Part shown: positions 19,957 to 30,917 of the stretch, piece after piece
Position numbering within the stretch: the first letter of the stretch is position 1
Layout: the number at the start of each line of letters is the position of its first letter
Assembly (NCBI GenBank): GCA_963727505.1
Contig: CAVSGP010000010.1
Location: 1 to 64,000 of the forward strand
DNA length: 64,000 nucleotides
Source: an uncultured Trueperaceae bacterium
GTDB lineage: Bacteria; Deinococcota; Deinococci; Deinococcales; Trueperaceae
Reading direction: 5' to 3'
Translations under genes and position numbers: made by a program
Notes under the pieces: generated by a model
Databases searched by the model: none
What the model was told of the DNA's origin: nothing
What the model saw: the letters and a program-made list of their open reading frames with translations, nothing else

Positions 19957-21459
19957 CTACGCGTCCTCCTCGATCACCAGGCGATCGTACGCGTCACGCC
20001 ACGGCCGGGCGCGTTCGAACGCGGCGCTGGCGGCGAGCACGCGGGCGTCCTCGAAGCGGCGGCCGATCAGCTGCAGGCCCACGGGCAGGCCGTCGGACGT
20101 GAACCCGGCGGGGATCGACGCCGCCGGGTGGCCGGTGAAGTTGATGGGGTAGGTGAGGCACCAGCCGATGAAGGGATCGACGGCCTGCCCCTCGACCTCC
20201 GACGGACCGCGCGTGGTGCCGTCGCCGGCGTTGTCGATGCCGGCCACCGAGAGGGTGGGGGTCACCACCAGATCGAAGCGGTCGAAGACGTCCTGGAGGC
20301 GGTCGAAGACCTCGGTCCGGAGCACGTCGTCGAGCCGGTAGTCGACCGCCATTTGCTCGCGCCCGAGCTCCAGCTTGTGGCGGTAGTCGGGGTCGAGCTG
20401 GTCGGCGAGCTCGCCCAGCAGGTCGATGCCGGCCCGCGCCATGGACACCGCGGACTCGACCGCCCGCACCGCGCTGGTGCGCGTCCACATGTCGGCCAGC
20501 TCCTGGTGGGGACGGGTCCAGGCGAGGTCGATGCGCTCGACGTGCATACCGAGCTCCTCCAGCGCGCTTAGCGCGCGCTCGACCGCGTCGCGCACCTGCG
20601 GCTCGACCGGGAAGCCCCCGAAGTCGGGGCTGTAGGCGACCCGCAACCCCGCCACCGGCGCGCGCGTGGCAGCGACCAGGTCGTCGCCCAGCTCCGGCAG
20701 GCACAACGGGTCGCGGGGATCGGGACCGACCATCGCCTGCAGCATGAGCGCGGCGTCCTCCACCGTGCGGGTCAGCGGGCCGCTGTGGGCGTAAGGGGTG
20801 TGCAGCAAGAAGGCGTCCGGGCGGGCCGCCACCGGCACCCGGCCGAAGGTCGCTTTGAAGCCGTAGACGCCGCACAGGGCCGCCGGGATGCGGATGGAGC
20901 CGCCGCCGTCGGAGCCCTCGCCCAGCGGCGCCAGCCCGGCGGCCACCGCGGCGGCGCTGCCGCCCGAGGAGCCCCCCGCGTTCTTGCCGGGCGCGAACGG
21001 GGTGCTGGTCGGTCCGAACAGCCGGTTGTCGGTGGTCCCCTTGTAGCCGAACTCGGGGGTGTTGGTCTTGCCGATGGCGATGGCCCCGGCCGCCTCCAGC
21101 CGCGCCACCGGCGTGGAGGTCTGGCTCGCGACGTGATCCCGGAAGGGGAGCGAGCCGTAGGTGGTGCGCACCCCGGCCTTGGTCTCGAACAGGTCCTTGA
21201 GGGCGAAGGGCACGCCGTGGAGCGGGCCCAGCGGCCCGCCGGCCATGACCGCGCGCTCGGCCTCGCGTGCGGCGTCCAGCGCCGCCTCGGCGAGGACGGT
21301 GACGAACGCGTTGAGCGCGCCGTTGTGGCGGTCGATGCGGTGCAGGTGCGCCTGAACGACCTCGACGGGCGAGATCCGGCGGGTGCGGATGAGGCGCGCC
21401 AGCTCGCTGGCGGAGAGGGTGACGGGCGATCGTTCCAAGGGTGGGTCTCCTGGGTTCAC
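19957..21459 (-). CDS. Amidase signature family enzyme
   Basis: GVPFALKD, GKTNTPEFG, GGSSGGSAAAVA, GSDGGGSIRIPA. Confidence 0.92.
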   Translation of the reverse strand: MNPGDPPLERSPVTLSASELARLIRTRRISPVEVVQAHLHRIDRHNGALNAFVTVLAEAALDAAREAERAVMAGGPLGPLHGVPFALKDLFETKAGVRTTYGSLPFRDHVASQTSTPVARLEAAGAIAIGKTNTPEFGYKGTTDNRLFGPTSTPFAPGKNAGGSSGGSAAAVAAGLAPLGEGSDGGGSIRIPAALCGVYGFKATFGRVPVAARPDAFLLHTPYAHSGPLTRTVEDAALMLQAMVGPDPRDPLCLPELGDDLVAATRAPVAGLRVAYSPDFGGFPVEPQVRDAVERALSALEELGMHVERIDLAWTRPHQELADMWTRTSAVRAVESAVSMARAGIDLLGELADQLDPDYRHKLELGREQMAVDYRLDDVLRTEVFDRLQDVFDRFDLVVTPTLSVAGIDNAGDGTTRGPSEVEGQAVDPFIGWCLTYPINFTGHPAASIPAGFTSDGLPVGLQLIGRRFEDARVLAASAAFERARPWRDAYDRLVIEEDA

Positions 21460-21510
21460 ACCCGCGGCTGCGGGGCGGTCCGGACCGGCCGGCGGCCCGG
21501 CAGGCGCGGT

Positions 21511-21578
21511 GCCGGTGGGGTGGATGCCGGTGGGGTGGATGCCGGTGGGGTGGGTGCCGGCGGGGTGGGTGCCGGCGG
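21511..21578 (+). repeat. 15-bp tandem repeat (GCCGGTGGGGTGGRT, ~4.5 copies)
   Basis: Seen directly between the ABC ATPase and amidase genes. Confidence 0.85.
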
Positions 21579-21595
21579 CATCCGATGCGGTGAGA

Positions 21596-22341
<746 letters not shown>

Positions 22342-22345
<4 letters not shown>

Positions 22346-23106
22346 GGGCTCCCCTCATCATCGACCGACGCGAGCCGCGTCAGCCGCCGGCCGCGCCGAC
22401 GATGGATGGGATCGGCGACGCGCTCGAAATAGACGAACAGGAAACTGGCAACCATCGACAGCACAAGATAGATGACCGCTGCGGCGGCCCACATCATCGC
22501 CGGCTGGTAGTTGTAGGCGATGCCCCGCTCGGTCGCGAGGGTGAGCTCCACCACGCTGATGGTCGAGGCCAGCGAGGAGTCCTTGAGCAGCGCCAGGGCG
22601 TAGTTGCCGAACGGCGGGATCATGATGCGCACGGCCGGCGGGATGACCACGAAGCGCATGATGTCGTTGCTGCCCAGCCCCAGGCTGGCGGCGGCCTCGA
22701 CCTGCCCCTTGTGGATCGACTCGATGCCCGCGCGGATGACCTCCGCCAGATAGGCGCCGTACCCGAGCGAGAGCGCGGTCACGGCGGCGGCGAAGGGGCT
22801 GAGGTGGGGAGGGAGCATGACGCTCCCTCCACTCAGCGGTCCGAAGACGAACCTGTTCAACCAGGTGAAGATCTGCGGCGTCGCGAAGTAGGCGAAGAAG
22901 ATCTGCACCAACGCCGGCGTGCCGCGGAAGAGCTCGATGTAGAACCTCGCCAGGCCCCGCACGACCACGACACGGGAGCGCCGCATCAACGCCGCGATCA
23001 GGCCGAACAGCAGCGCCAGGACGTAGGTGAGGACCGACAGCTCCACGCTGAGCACGGCGCCGCGCAGCAGCGCGTGGACGATGGCGGGGGTGAGGATCTG
23101 GCTCAT
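22342..23106 (-). CDS. Polar amino acid ABC transporter permease
   Basis: [29 protein letters not shown]. Confidence 0.93.
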
Positions 23107-23130
23107 GTCACCGGTCGAACGACGTCATGG

Positions 23131-23931
23131 CTACTTGGTGGTGATCGGCATGTTGAAGCAGCGGGACACGATGTCCTGGTTGAACCACTTCATGCTGATC
23201 TGCTTGAGCGTGCCGTCGTTGTAGAGCGCCACGAGCGCCTTGTTGAGCGCCGCCTTGAGCTCGGGGTTGTCCTTGGAGACGGTGACGTTGGCCAGGTCGA
23301 CGTAGAGCAGGTCGCCGACCGGCTTCAGCGGGGCGCCCTGGCTGATGGCGTACGAGCCCACCGCGAGGTCGGTCACGAGGCCGCCGACGATGCCCGACTG
23401 CACGGCCTGGATGCCGGTGGGGTCGTCCTTGTAGGTCTTGAAGGCGATGCCCTGCTTGGTGAGGTACTGCTCGTAGGTGGTGCCGAGCGCCACGGCCACC
23501 GGCTGCTTGAGCTGGGTGATGTCGGTGACGGTGGAGTCCTTGGGCACGAAGAGCTGGGCCCCGCCGCAGTGGTAGGGGTGGTCGAGATAGTCGACGGCGG
23601 CGGCGCGCTGCGGCGTGTACGCCTGGCTGGCCACGGCGACGTCGAAGATGCCGGACTGGACGCCCTGCACGATGGTGGCGAACTCGGCGGCGTCGACGCG
23701 GGCGGCGACCCCGAGCTGCTTGGCCAGCGCCTTGGCGACGTCGGCGTCGTAGCCGACGAGCTGCTGGTCGGCGTTGAAGAGGCTGAACGGCGGGTAGCCG
23801 CCGGACATGACCTCGATCATGTAGCCGCGCTTCTGGATCGTGGCCAGGTCCGCCGCACTGGCGATGCCACCTACCAGGAGCACCGCCGCCAGCACGGCTC
23901 CGATGACGAATTTCAAGCGTGCACGTGTCAT
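23131..23931 (-). CDS. Polar amino acid ABC transporter substrate-binding protein
   Basis: Signal peptide; YPPFS, GYDAD, DGTL..IS.KWF. Confidence 0.9.
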   Translation of the reverse strand: MTRARLKFVIGAVLAAVLLVGGIASAADLATIQKRGYMIEVMSGGYPPFSLFNADQQLVGYDADVAKALAKQLGVAARVDAAEFATIVQGVQSGIFDVAVASQAYTPQRAAAVDYLDHPYHCGGAQLFVPKDSTVTDITQLKQPVAVALGTTYEQYLTKQGIAFKTYKDDPTGIQAVQSGIVGGLVTDLAVGSYAISQGAPLKPVGDLLYVDLANVTVSKDNPELKAALNKALVALYNDGTLKQISMKWFNQDIVSRCFNMPITTK

Positions 23932-23989
23932 TCCTACCTCCATACCGGAGCCTTGCTCTCCAGCATTGCTCCCACGAACGGGTGGCCGG

Positions 23990-25357
23990 TCAGGCGGGTT
24001 CCGGCGCGGGCATGCCGAGCTCGCGCTCGAGCGCGCTCACAGCGCCGTCCACCATGCCGACCAGGGCGTCGACCTCCGCCGCACCGATGGTGAGGGGAGG
24101 AGCGATCATCACGGCGTCGCCGGCGCCCTCCAGGGCGCCGGAGGCCGGGTAGATGAGGAGCCCCCGCTCGAACGCCTGGCGCACCAGGCGCCCGGTGACG
24201 TTCGTCTCGGGGGCGAAGGAAGCGAGCGACCCGTCGGTCACGAGCTCGAGCCCGACCAGCAGGCCGAGGCCGCGCACGTCGCCGAGGACGGGGTGGCGCG
24301 CCGCGAGGGTCTTCAGGGCGTTCATGAGCTGAGCGCCGCGCTCGCGCGCATTCCTGACCAGGTCGTGCTTCTCGACGTAGTCGAGGACGGCCAGCGCGGT
24401 GGCGGCGGACAGCGGGTTGAAGCTCAGGGTATGGCCGTAGAGGACGGCGCCGGAGCCCTGCCGGATCGGCTCCATCAGCGCGTCGCTGGCCAGCACCGCG
24501 GCGATCGGGGTATAGCCGGCGCCGAGACCCTTGCCGAGCACCAGCAGGTCCGGCACGACACCGTAGTGCTCGACGGCGAACATGGCGCCGGTGCGGCCCA
24601 CGCCCGTCATCACCTCGTCGGCGATGAACAGCACGTCGTTGGCGTCGCAGATGGCGCGGATGCGTGCGTAGTACTCGTGCGGCGGCGTGATGGCGGCGCC
24701 GCTGGCGCCCACCACCGGCTCTGCGATGAAGGCGGCGACGTTGTCCGCGCCCAGCGCGTCGATGTGCGTCTGCAGGTCGTCGGCGCAGGCGAGCTCGCAC
24801 GACGGGTAGGCGAGCGACAGCGGGCAGCGCAGGCAGTACGGGGTGGCGACACCGGCGTCCTTGGCCAGCAGCGCCTCGAAGCGCGAGCGCCGGAGGACGT
24901 GGCCCGACATCGACAGCGCGCCCAGGGTGATGCCGTGGTAGCTGATGCGCCGCGACAGCACGTGGGTCTTCTCGGGCCGGCCGCGCTCCTGCCAGTGCTG
25001 CAGGGCCATCTTCGCGGCCAGCTCGGTAGCCTCGCTGCCGCTGTTGACCAGGAACAACCAGCGCAGGTCGCCCGGCGCCAGAGCGCCGAGGCGCTCGGCC
25101 AGCGCATCCGCCGGCCGGTTGCCGAACTGCGAGCGGAACGCGAAGGTGAGCCTCTGGGCCTGCGCGTGCATGGCCTCGAGCACCTCCGGCACGCCGTGCC
25201 CGATGTTGGAGCAGACGGCGCCGGAGCAGCCGTCGAGGTAGCGCCGTCCCTCCTCGTCGTAGAGGTAGAGCCCCTCGCCCCGCACCGCGGTGGGCGGGAC
25301 GTGGTCGAGCCACGGGTGGATGACGTGACCGGTGCGACCCGGAGCGTCGTCGCTCAC
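23990..25357 (-). CDS. Class III PLP aminotransferase (YodT-like)
   Basis: YLDGCSGA, SGSEA, FIAEPVVG, FIADEVMTG.GRTG, PDLLVLGKGL. Confidence 0.9.
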   Translation of the reverse strand: MSDDAPGRTGHVIHPWLDHVPPTAVRGEGLYLYDEEGRRYLDGCSGAVCSNIGHGVPEVLEAMHAQAQRLTFAFRSQFGNRPADALAERLGALAPGDLRWLFLVNSGSEATELAAKMALQHWQERGRPEKTHVLSRRISYHGITLGALSMSGHVLRRSRFEALLAKDAGVATPYCLRCPLSLAYPSCELACADDLQTHIDALGADNVAAFIAEPVVGASGAAITPPHEYYARIRAICDANDVLFIADEVMTGVGRTGAMFAVEHYGVVPDLLVLGKGLGAGYTPIAAVLASDALMEPIRQGSGAVLYGHTLSFNPLSAATALAVLDYVEKHDLVRNARERGAQLMNALKTLAARHPVLGDVRGLGLLVGLELVTDGSLASFAPETNVTGRLVRQAFERGLLIYPASGALEGAGDAVMIAPPLTIGAAEVDALVGMVDGAVSALERELGMPAPEPA

Positions 25358-25361
25358 GCCC

Positions 25362-26672
25362 TCACCCCCCGATCCCTTCGGCCCGTACCGCGGCGAACGC
25401 CTCGCCCAGGATGGCGAAGGCGCGCGCCAGCTCGTCGTCCTCGACCGTGAGCGGCACCAGCACGCGCACCACGTTGCCGTCCCGGCCCGCCTTGAGCAGC
25501 AGCAGGCCGCGCCGGCGCGCCTCGGCGATGATGCGCTCGACCTGCCGTGCGCCGCGGCGCACGCCGTCCTCGCCGGGTTCGATCAGCTCCGCGGCCACCA
25601 TGGCGCCGAGGCCGCGCACCTCCGCGATGACGTCGTGTTCGGACTGCAGCGCCTCGAAGCGTTCGAACAGCGCGGCGCCGACGGCGCCGGCGCGCTCCAG
25701 CAGTCCGGTCTCCTCGAACACGTCGAGCACCGCCAGGGCCGCGGCGCACGCCAGCGGGTTGCCGCCGTAGGTGCCGCCGAGACCGCCCGGATCGGGGGCG
25801 TCCATGACGTCGGCGCGCCCGATCACTCCCGACAGCGGCAACCCGCCGGCGAGGCTCTTGGCCACCGTGATGAGGTCGGGCACGACGCCGCTGTGTTCGA
25901 TCGCGAAGAGGCTGCCGGTGCGCCCGAAGCCGCTCTGGATCTCGTCGACGATCAACAGCATGCCGTGGCGCTCGGTGAGCTCCCGCAGGGCGCGCAGGAA
26001 CGCGAACGGGGCGGGCACGAAGCCGCCCTCGCCGAGCACCGGCTCGATGAGCACCGCGGCCACCCGCTCGGGCGCCACCTGGCTGGCGAAGACGTCGTCC
26101 AGCGCGCGCAGCACGTCGGCAACGCTCCAACCCCGCAGGGGGTAGGGGAAGGGCGCGTGGTACACGTCCGGCGCGAACGGCCCGAACGTCTGCTGATAGG
26201 GGTCCGTCTTCCCGGTCAGGGTCATGCCGAGCAGGGTGCGCCCGTGGAAGCTGCCGCTGAAGGCGACGATGCCGGGCCGGCCGGTGGCGGCCCGGGCGAT
26301 CTTGACGGCGTTCTCGACGGCTTCCACGCCGGTGGTGAGCAGCAGCGTCTTCTTGGGCGCCTCGCCCGGCGCCAGCGCGTTGAGGCGCTCGGCCAGCCTC
26401 ACGTAGGGCTCGTACATGGCGACCTGCGCCGAGGTGTGGCTGAAGCGCTCGAGCTGCGCCTGTACGGCGTTGGTCACGCGCTCGTTGGCGTGCCCGATGT
26501 TCATGACGCCGATACCGCCGGTGAAGTCGATGTACTCGGCACCGTCGACGTCCCACAAGCGCGCGCCCTTGGCGCGCGCCGGGAAGATGGGATGGGCCGT
26601 CGCCAGCCCCCGCGGGACGTTGGCGTCCCGGACCCGGCCCAGCAGTACGTTTCGGGCTTCTGTCGACTCCAC
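25362..26672 (-). CDS. gabT: 4-aminobutyrate--2-oxoglutarate aminotransferase
   Basis: YIDFTGGIGV, EAVENAVKIAR, EPVLGEGG, AKSLAGGLPLS, GGLGGTYGGNP. Confidence 0.88.
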   Translation of the reverse strand: MESTEARNVLLGRVRDANVPRGLATAHPIFPARAKGARLWDVDGAEYIDFTGGIGVMNIGHANERVTNAVQAQLERFSHTSAQVAMYEPYVRLAERLNALAPGEAPKKTLLLTTGVEAVENAVKIARAATGRPGIVAFSGSFHGRTLLGMTLTGKTDPYQQTFGPFAPDVYHAPFPYPLRGWSVADVLRALDDVFASQVAPERVAAVLIEPVLGEGGFVPAPFAFLRALRELTERHGMLLIVDEIQSGFGRTGSLFAIEHSGVVPDLITVAKSLAGGLPLSGVIGRADVMDAPDPGGLGGTYGGNPLACAAALAVLDVFEETGLLERAGAVGAALFERFEALQSEHDVIAEVRGLGAMVAAELIEPGEDGVRRGARQVERIIAEARRRGLLLLKAGRDGNVVRVLVPLTVEDDELARAFAILGEAFAAVRAEGIGG

Positions 26673-26757
26673 CTCAGCCCAGCGCTCCCTTCGTTGTTGA
26701 ACGGGCCACCCTACCCCACGATGCGGCGACGCGCTACGGCTGCGGAGTACAAATGCG

Positions 26758-28392
26758 CTATGCAGTTTTGTCGTTCAACGACAACAGCTCGCCGGCGAGC
26801 TGCAGTTTGAAGCGCACGCCGGGGTCGGCCAGGTCGGCGTGAAGCGCCTGCGACACGCGCTCCAAACGGTAGCGCACGGTATTGACGTGTACGCCCATGC
26901 TCTGTGCCGTGCGCTTCGCCTCGAAACCGGCCCGCGCCCAGGCGACGACGGTGGCGACCAGCCGCTCGCCGCCACGGAGCGCGCGTACGGGCCCGAAGGC
27001 CTCGTCCAGCAGGGCGGCGCGCGCATCGGTGTCACCCAGCAGCACGCGCGGCACCAGCCAGGCGTCGTAGACGAGCACGCGCCGTGGAGCCAGCTGCGGC
27101 AGCAGCGAGCGCGCCTCGCGGAAGCTGAGCTCGATGCCCTCCACGCCGCTGCGGGCCCGGCCCCACACCATCCCCACCGCCTCGTCGACGCGCCCGACCT
27201 CCAGGGCACGCGGATCGATGCCGTCCTCGAGCAGGACGCTCACCTCGTTGAGCGACACCGACAGGAAGGGCGTGCCCCCCAGATCGGCGATGCGCCGCCC
27301 CAGGCGGTCGGCCAGCCGCTCGCGGCGCAGGAACCCCTCGCGCGAGAGCGGCAGCGGCACGTCGTGCAGCACCGCGATCCCGACGCGATAGCCGCGCCCC
27401 CACTCGAAGCCGAGCAGGCGGGCGCGCTCCAGGTTCTGGGGGGTGGGCTCGAGCCGGCCCTCCAACAGCGAGTCGAGGAAGGCGTAGCCCAGCCGCGACT
27501 CGAGCTGCGCCAGCGTCTGCTGGTGGGTGATGTGCAGCGCCACCACGGTGGCGGCGTGCTCGGCGGCGCGCAGGTCCAACTCCCCGACCGGACTGTCGCC
27601 CTCGAGGACCCACACCAGCCCCACCAGCTCGCCGCTCACCCGGATGGGGCAGGCGACGCGCGCCGACAGCTCGAGCTCGGGCAGCGCCGGCACACGCACC
27701 GGATCCTTCTGGCTGCGCAACCGCTGGAGGTAGCCCAGCCGCTCCAGCTCGGCCATCACGTCGGGGGGCGTGACCCCGTCGTGGAGGGTGGTGGTCCGCA
27801 CCCGGTCACGCTCGAGCCCCGGCCCCGTCGCGTCGGCGTCGGCCGGCAGATAGGAGGCGGCGAAGAGCTGCCCGGTCGGGCTCTCGAAGGTCACGTCGCG
27901 GCGGATGAGCTCACTGAGCACGTTGGCGATCTGCTGCAGGCTGGAGGCCTGCACCGCGGCCTGCGTCAGCGCCCGGTGGATGGCCTCGGAGCGCTCGATC
28001 ACGCGGTGCTGTTCGGTCAGCAGCGCACGCTGCGCCTCCTCGGTGATGCGCGCGAAGGGGATCTCCCAGGGCACCTCCAGCACCGGCAGCCCCACCGCAT
28101 CGGCCTCCTCCACCACCGCCGGCGGAACCTCGCTGAAGAACTGCGGCACCGCCAGCGCCAGCGCCGCCAGCCCGCGCTCCTCCAACGAGCGCACGAACCG
28201 GCGCTGCCCCGCCTCGTCGCGCGGCCAGGCGTAGCCGGTACTCAGCAGGAGCTGCCCCGGCTGCAGCCACTGGTGCGGGTCGGGGATGTCGACCACGCCG
28301 CTCCAGGACACCTCACGGCCGATCCCGGCGCGCCCGGCCACGAGCCGGGCACGGCCCAGCAGCGGCAGCGTCAGCAGCTCGGACACGCGCAC
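26758..28392 (-). CDS. PucR/CdaR family transcriptional regulator
   Basis: N-terminal PucR domain (LVAGRAG..REV, WLQPGQLLLSTG); C-terminal HVNTVRYRL HTH. Confidence 0.92.
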   Translation of the reverse strand: MRVSELLTLPLLGRARLVAGRAGIGREVSWSGVVDIPDPHQWLQPGQLLLSTGYAWPRDEAGQRRFVRSLEERGLAALALAVPQFFSEVPPAVVEEADAVGLPVLEVPWEIPFARITEEAQRALLTEQHRVIERSEAIHRALTQAAVQASSLQQIANVLSELIRRDVTFESPTGQLFAASYLPADADATGPGLERDRVRTTTLHDGVTPPDVMAELERLGYLQRLRSQKDPVRVPALPELELSARVACPIRVSGELVGLVWVLEGDSPVGELDLRAAEHAATVVALHITHQQTLAQLESRLGYAFLDSLLEGRLEPTPQNLERARLLGFEWGRGYRVGIAVLHDVPLPLSREGFLRRERLADRLGRRIADLGGTPFLSVSLNEVSVLLEDGIDPRALEVGRVDEAVGMVWGRARSGVEGIELSFREARSLLPQLAPRRVLVYDAWLVPRVLLGDTDARAALLDEAFGPVRALRGGERLVATVVAWARAGFEAKRTAQSMGVHVNTVRYRLERVSQALHADLADPGVRFKLQLAGELLSLNDKTA

Positions 28393-28443
28393 GATGGCGC
28401 CAGCCTACCCCCGGCGGTCCCCCGAGCGGCCGCTCTGCGCCGG

Positions 28444-28486
28444 GGGACGTTCTTCCCTTCGGCGCTCCGGGCGTTTACCGTAGCGT
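28444..28486 (+). promoter_or_regulatory. GGGAC-N4-GTCCC-type box plus -10 element
   Basis: GGGACGTTCTTCCC (one mismatch), 23 nt, TAGCGT. Confidence 0.5.
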
Positions 28487-28527
28487 CGGAGCCGGAGAAC
28501 GGCCGGAGAGGTCGGGTCGGGAGCATC

Positions 28528-29805
28528 ATGCGCATCGTCACCGCAGAACAGGCCGTCGAGGTCGTCCACTCGCGCGACCGCGTGTTCGTCCACAGCGTGG
28601 CCGCCGCCCCGCAGCGCCTGCTCGCGGCGCTCACGGCTCGCTGGCGCGAGTTGCAGGGCGTCGAGATGATCCACCTGCACACCGAGGGACCCGCACCCTA
28701 CGCCGACGCGGCGTACGCCAGGAGCTTCCACACCAGCGCGCTGTTCGTCGGACCCAACGTACGAGCGGCGGTCGAGCAGGGACAGGCGGACTACATCCCC
28801 ATCTTCCTGAGCGAGGTGCCGGACCTGTTCCGCAGCGGCGCCATGCCGCTCGACGTGGCACTGGTGCAGGTCTCGCCGCCGGACCGTCACGGCTACTGCT
28901 CGCTCGGCGTGTCCGTCGACGCCACCCGAGCCGCCGTGCACGCGGCCCGAACGGTGGTCGCGCAGGTCAACCCGAACATGCCCCGCACGCACGGCGACGG
29001 CCTGCTGCACGTCTCGAACATCGACCTGGCGGTGGACGTGGACGATCCCATCCCCGAGGTGCCCCCCGCTCCGGCGGGCCCGGAGGCGCGCGCCATCGGC
29101 CTCCACTGCGCCGCCCTGATCGAGGACGGCGCCACCCTGCAGATGGGCATCGGCGCCATCCCCGACGCGGTGCTGGCCTCCCTCGGCGACCACCGCGACC
29201 TCGGCATCCACACCGAGATGTTCTCCGACGGCGCCATCGACCTGATCGAGAGGGGCATCATCACCGGCGAACGGAAGGTCAGCCACCCCGGCAAGGTGGT
29301 CGCGAGCTTCGTGATGGGCACGCGCCGGCTCTACGACTTCGTCGACGACAACCCGCTGCTGGCGCTGCTCGATGCCGGCTACGTCAACGACACCGCCGTC
29401 ATCCGGCGCAACCCGCGGGTGACCGCCATCAACAGCGCCGTCGAGGTCGACCTCACGGGCCAGGTGTGCGCCGACTCCATCGGCACCCGTCAGTACTCCG
29501 GCGTCGGCGGCCAGATGGACTTCATACGCGGCGCCTCGCTCTCCGAGGGCGGCAAGCCGATCATCGCCCTGCCCTCGACCACCCACGACGGGGCGAGCCG
29601 GATCGTGCCGTTCCTGAAGCAGGGGGCGGGCGTGGTCACCACCCGCGCCCACGTCCACTTCGTGGTGACCGAGTACGGCGTGGCCAGCCTCTACGGCAAG
29701 GCGCTGCGCCAACGCGCGCGGGCGCTCATCGGCATCGCCCACCCCGACCATCGCGAGGCGCTGGAACGCGCGGCCTTCGAGCGCTTCCAGCGGATGCCCG
29801 CCTGA
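28528..29805 (+). CDS. Acetyl-CoA hydrolase / 4-hydroxybutyrate CoA-transferase family
   Basis: LQMGIGAIP, LGIHTEM, SGVGGQMDF, VVTEYG. Confidence 0.92.
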   Translation: MRIVTAEQAVEVVHSRDRVFVHSVAAAPQRLLAALTARWRELQGVEMIHLHTEGPAPYADAAYARSFHTSALFVGPNVRAAVEQGQADYIPIFLSEVPDLFRSGAMPLDVALVQVSPPDRHGYCSLGVSVDATRAAVHAARTVVAQVNPNMPRTHGDGLLHVSNIDLAVDVDDPIPEVPPAPAGPEARAIGLHCAALIEDGATLQMGIGAIPDAVLASLGDHRDLGIHTEMFSDGAIDLIERGIITGERKVSHPGKVVASFVMGTRRLYDFVDDNPLLALLDAGYVNDTAVIRRNPRVTAINSAVEVDLTGQVCADSIGTRQYSGVGGQMDFIRGASLSEGGKPIIALPSTTHDGASRIVPFLKQGAGVVTTRAHVHFVVTEYGVASLYGKALRQRARALIGIAHPDHREALERAAFERFQRMPA

Positions 29806-29905
29806 CGCCGCCGCCGAGACTGCCGCGGCGGCCGCCGCCGAAGCACAAGCGCGCGGCGCCCGCTGCCTCAGGCAGCGGGCGCCGCGATCCAGCCCTGAAG
29901 GCGAT

Positions 29906-30115
29906 TCAGGCGCGTTTACGTGGCTTCGTGCTGGCGCCGAACAGGGTGTACAGCGGGCAGAAGCCCACCGCCCCGGTGAGCAGCAGGATCGCTCCGACGA
30001 TGGCGAAGACAACCATCCATACGCCGGAGAGCCAACCGAACACCCACGCGGAGAGCAGAACGAGCCCGGCGATGACCCGGATGACCCGATCGGTAGTGCT
30101 TTCGTTGATCGTCAT
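29906..30115 (-). CDS. DUF2892 (YgaP-like) membrane protein
   Basis: NE.TTDR..R, GFCPLY.LFG.ST; RBS GAGGAGG. Confidence 0.88.
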   Translation of the reverse strand: MTINESTTDRVIRVIAGLVLLSAWVFGWLSGVWMVVFAIVGAILLLTGAVGFCPLYTLFGASTKPRKRA

Positions 30116-30182
30116 GGCCTTGCCTCCTCGGACTGCAGCATAGCGCACTATTGGCGCCATAGGAATGGTAGAAATAGGAACA

Positions 30183-30830
30183 ATGTCGAGCCGCGACGAA
30201 CTCCTGCGCCACCTCAAGATCCGCGGGCCCAGCACCGTCCGCCAGCTCGCCGAGGCCACCGGCCTGTCCGACAACGCGGTGCGCCACCACCTGGCGCGGC
30301 TGCGCCAGCAGGGCTTCGTCGACGAGCACGCCCTGCGCGAGGGGGTGGGCCGGCCGGCGCACCGCTACGCCCTCACCGCTCAGGCCGAAGGCGCCTTCCC
30401 CAAGCGCTACGTCGACCTGCTGGAGGCCGTGCTCGAGAGCGCCGCCGCGCGGGGCCTGCTCGACACGCTGCTCGACGACGTGGCGGCCGCGCTCGCCGCG
30501 CGCGTCAAGGACGAGCTCGAGCCGCTCCCGCCGCGCGCACGGCTGCTCAAGCTGATGCAGCAGCTCGACTACGGCGAGATGCTGGGGCGCCTCGCCAATA
30601 CGCCGGGAGGCTGGGAGTTCGAGGCCTACAACTGCGTCTACCGCGCCACCGGAGAACGCTTCGTCGGCGTCTGCGACCTGCTGCCGAAGGTCGTCGTGGA
30701 CGCCACCGGGATGGATGCAGAACGCGTGCGCTGCCAGCGCGACGGCAACCACACCTGCCACTTCGCAGGTAGCTACGGGACGAGCCCGAACGGGCAGCGC
30801 GACGGGGCGAGAGAGCGACGGCTCGTAGGG
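30183..30830 (+). CDS. Winged-helix regulator with Cys-rich C-terminus (SufR/COG2345-like); stop codon missing in this assembly, end approximate
   Basis: LS.NAVRHHL..L, GRP..RY.LT, YNC..C..C......C; runs in frame into the next gene. Confidence 0.75.
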
Positions 30831-30870
30831 CGACCGACCCGCACGAGGCACCGAGCCCGCCCGAGCGCCT

Positions 30871-30896
30871 GCATCCGGACGCCCTCCCCGTGCGTA
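30871..30896 (+). promoter_or_regulatory. Putative ECF-dependent promoter
   Basis: GCATCC-N16-CGTA, same as upstream of the ECF sigma gene. Confidence 0.55.
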
Positions 30897-30917
30897 GGGG
30901 TGGATGGAGGTACTCCC

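Noticed and set aside
26839..29805. 988-aa protein
   Set aside because: Only the part from ATG 28528 is a CoA-transferase; the rest is antisense to pucR
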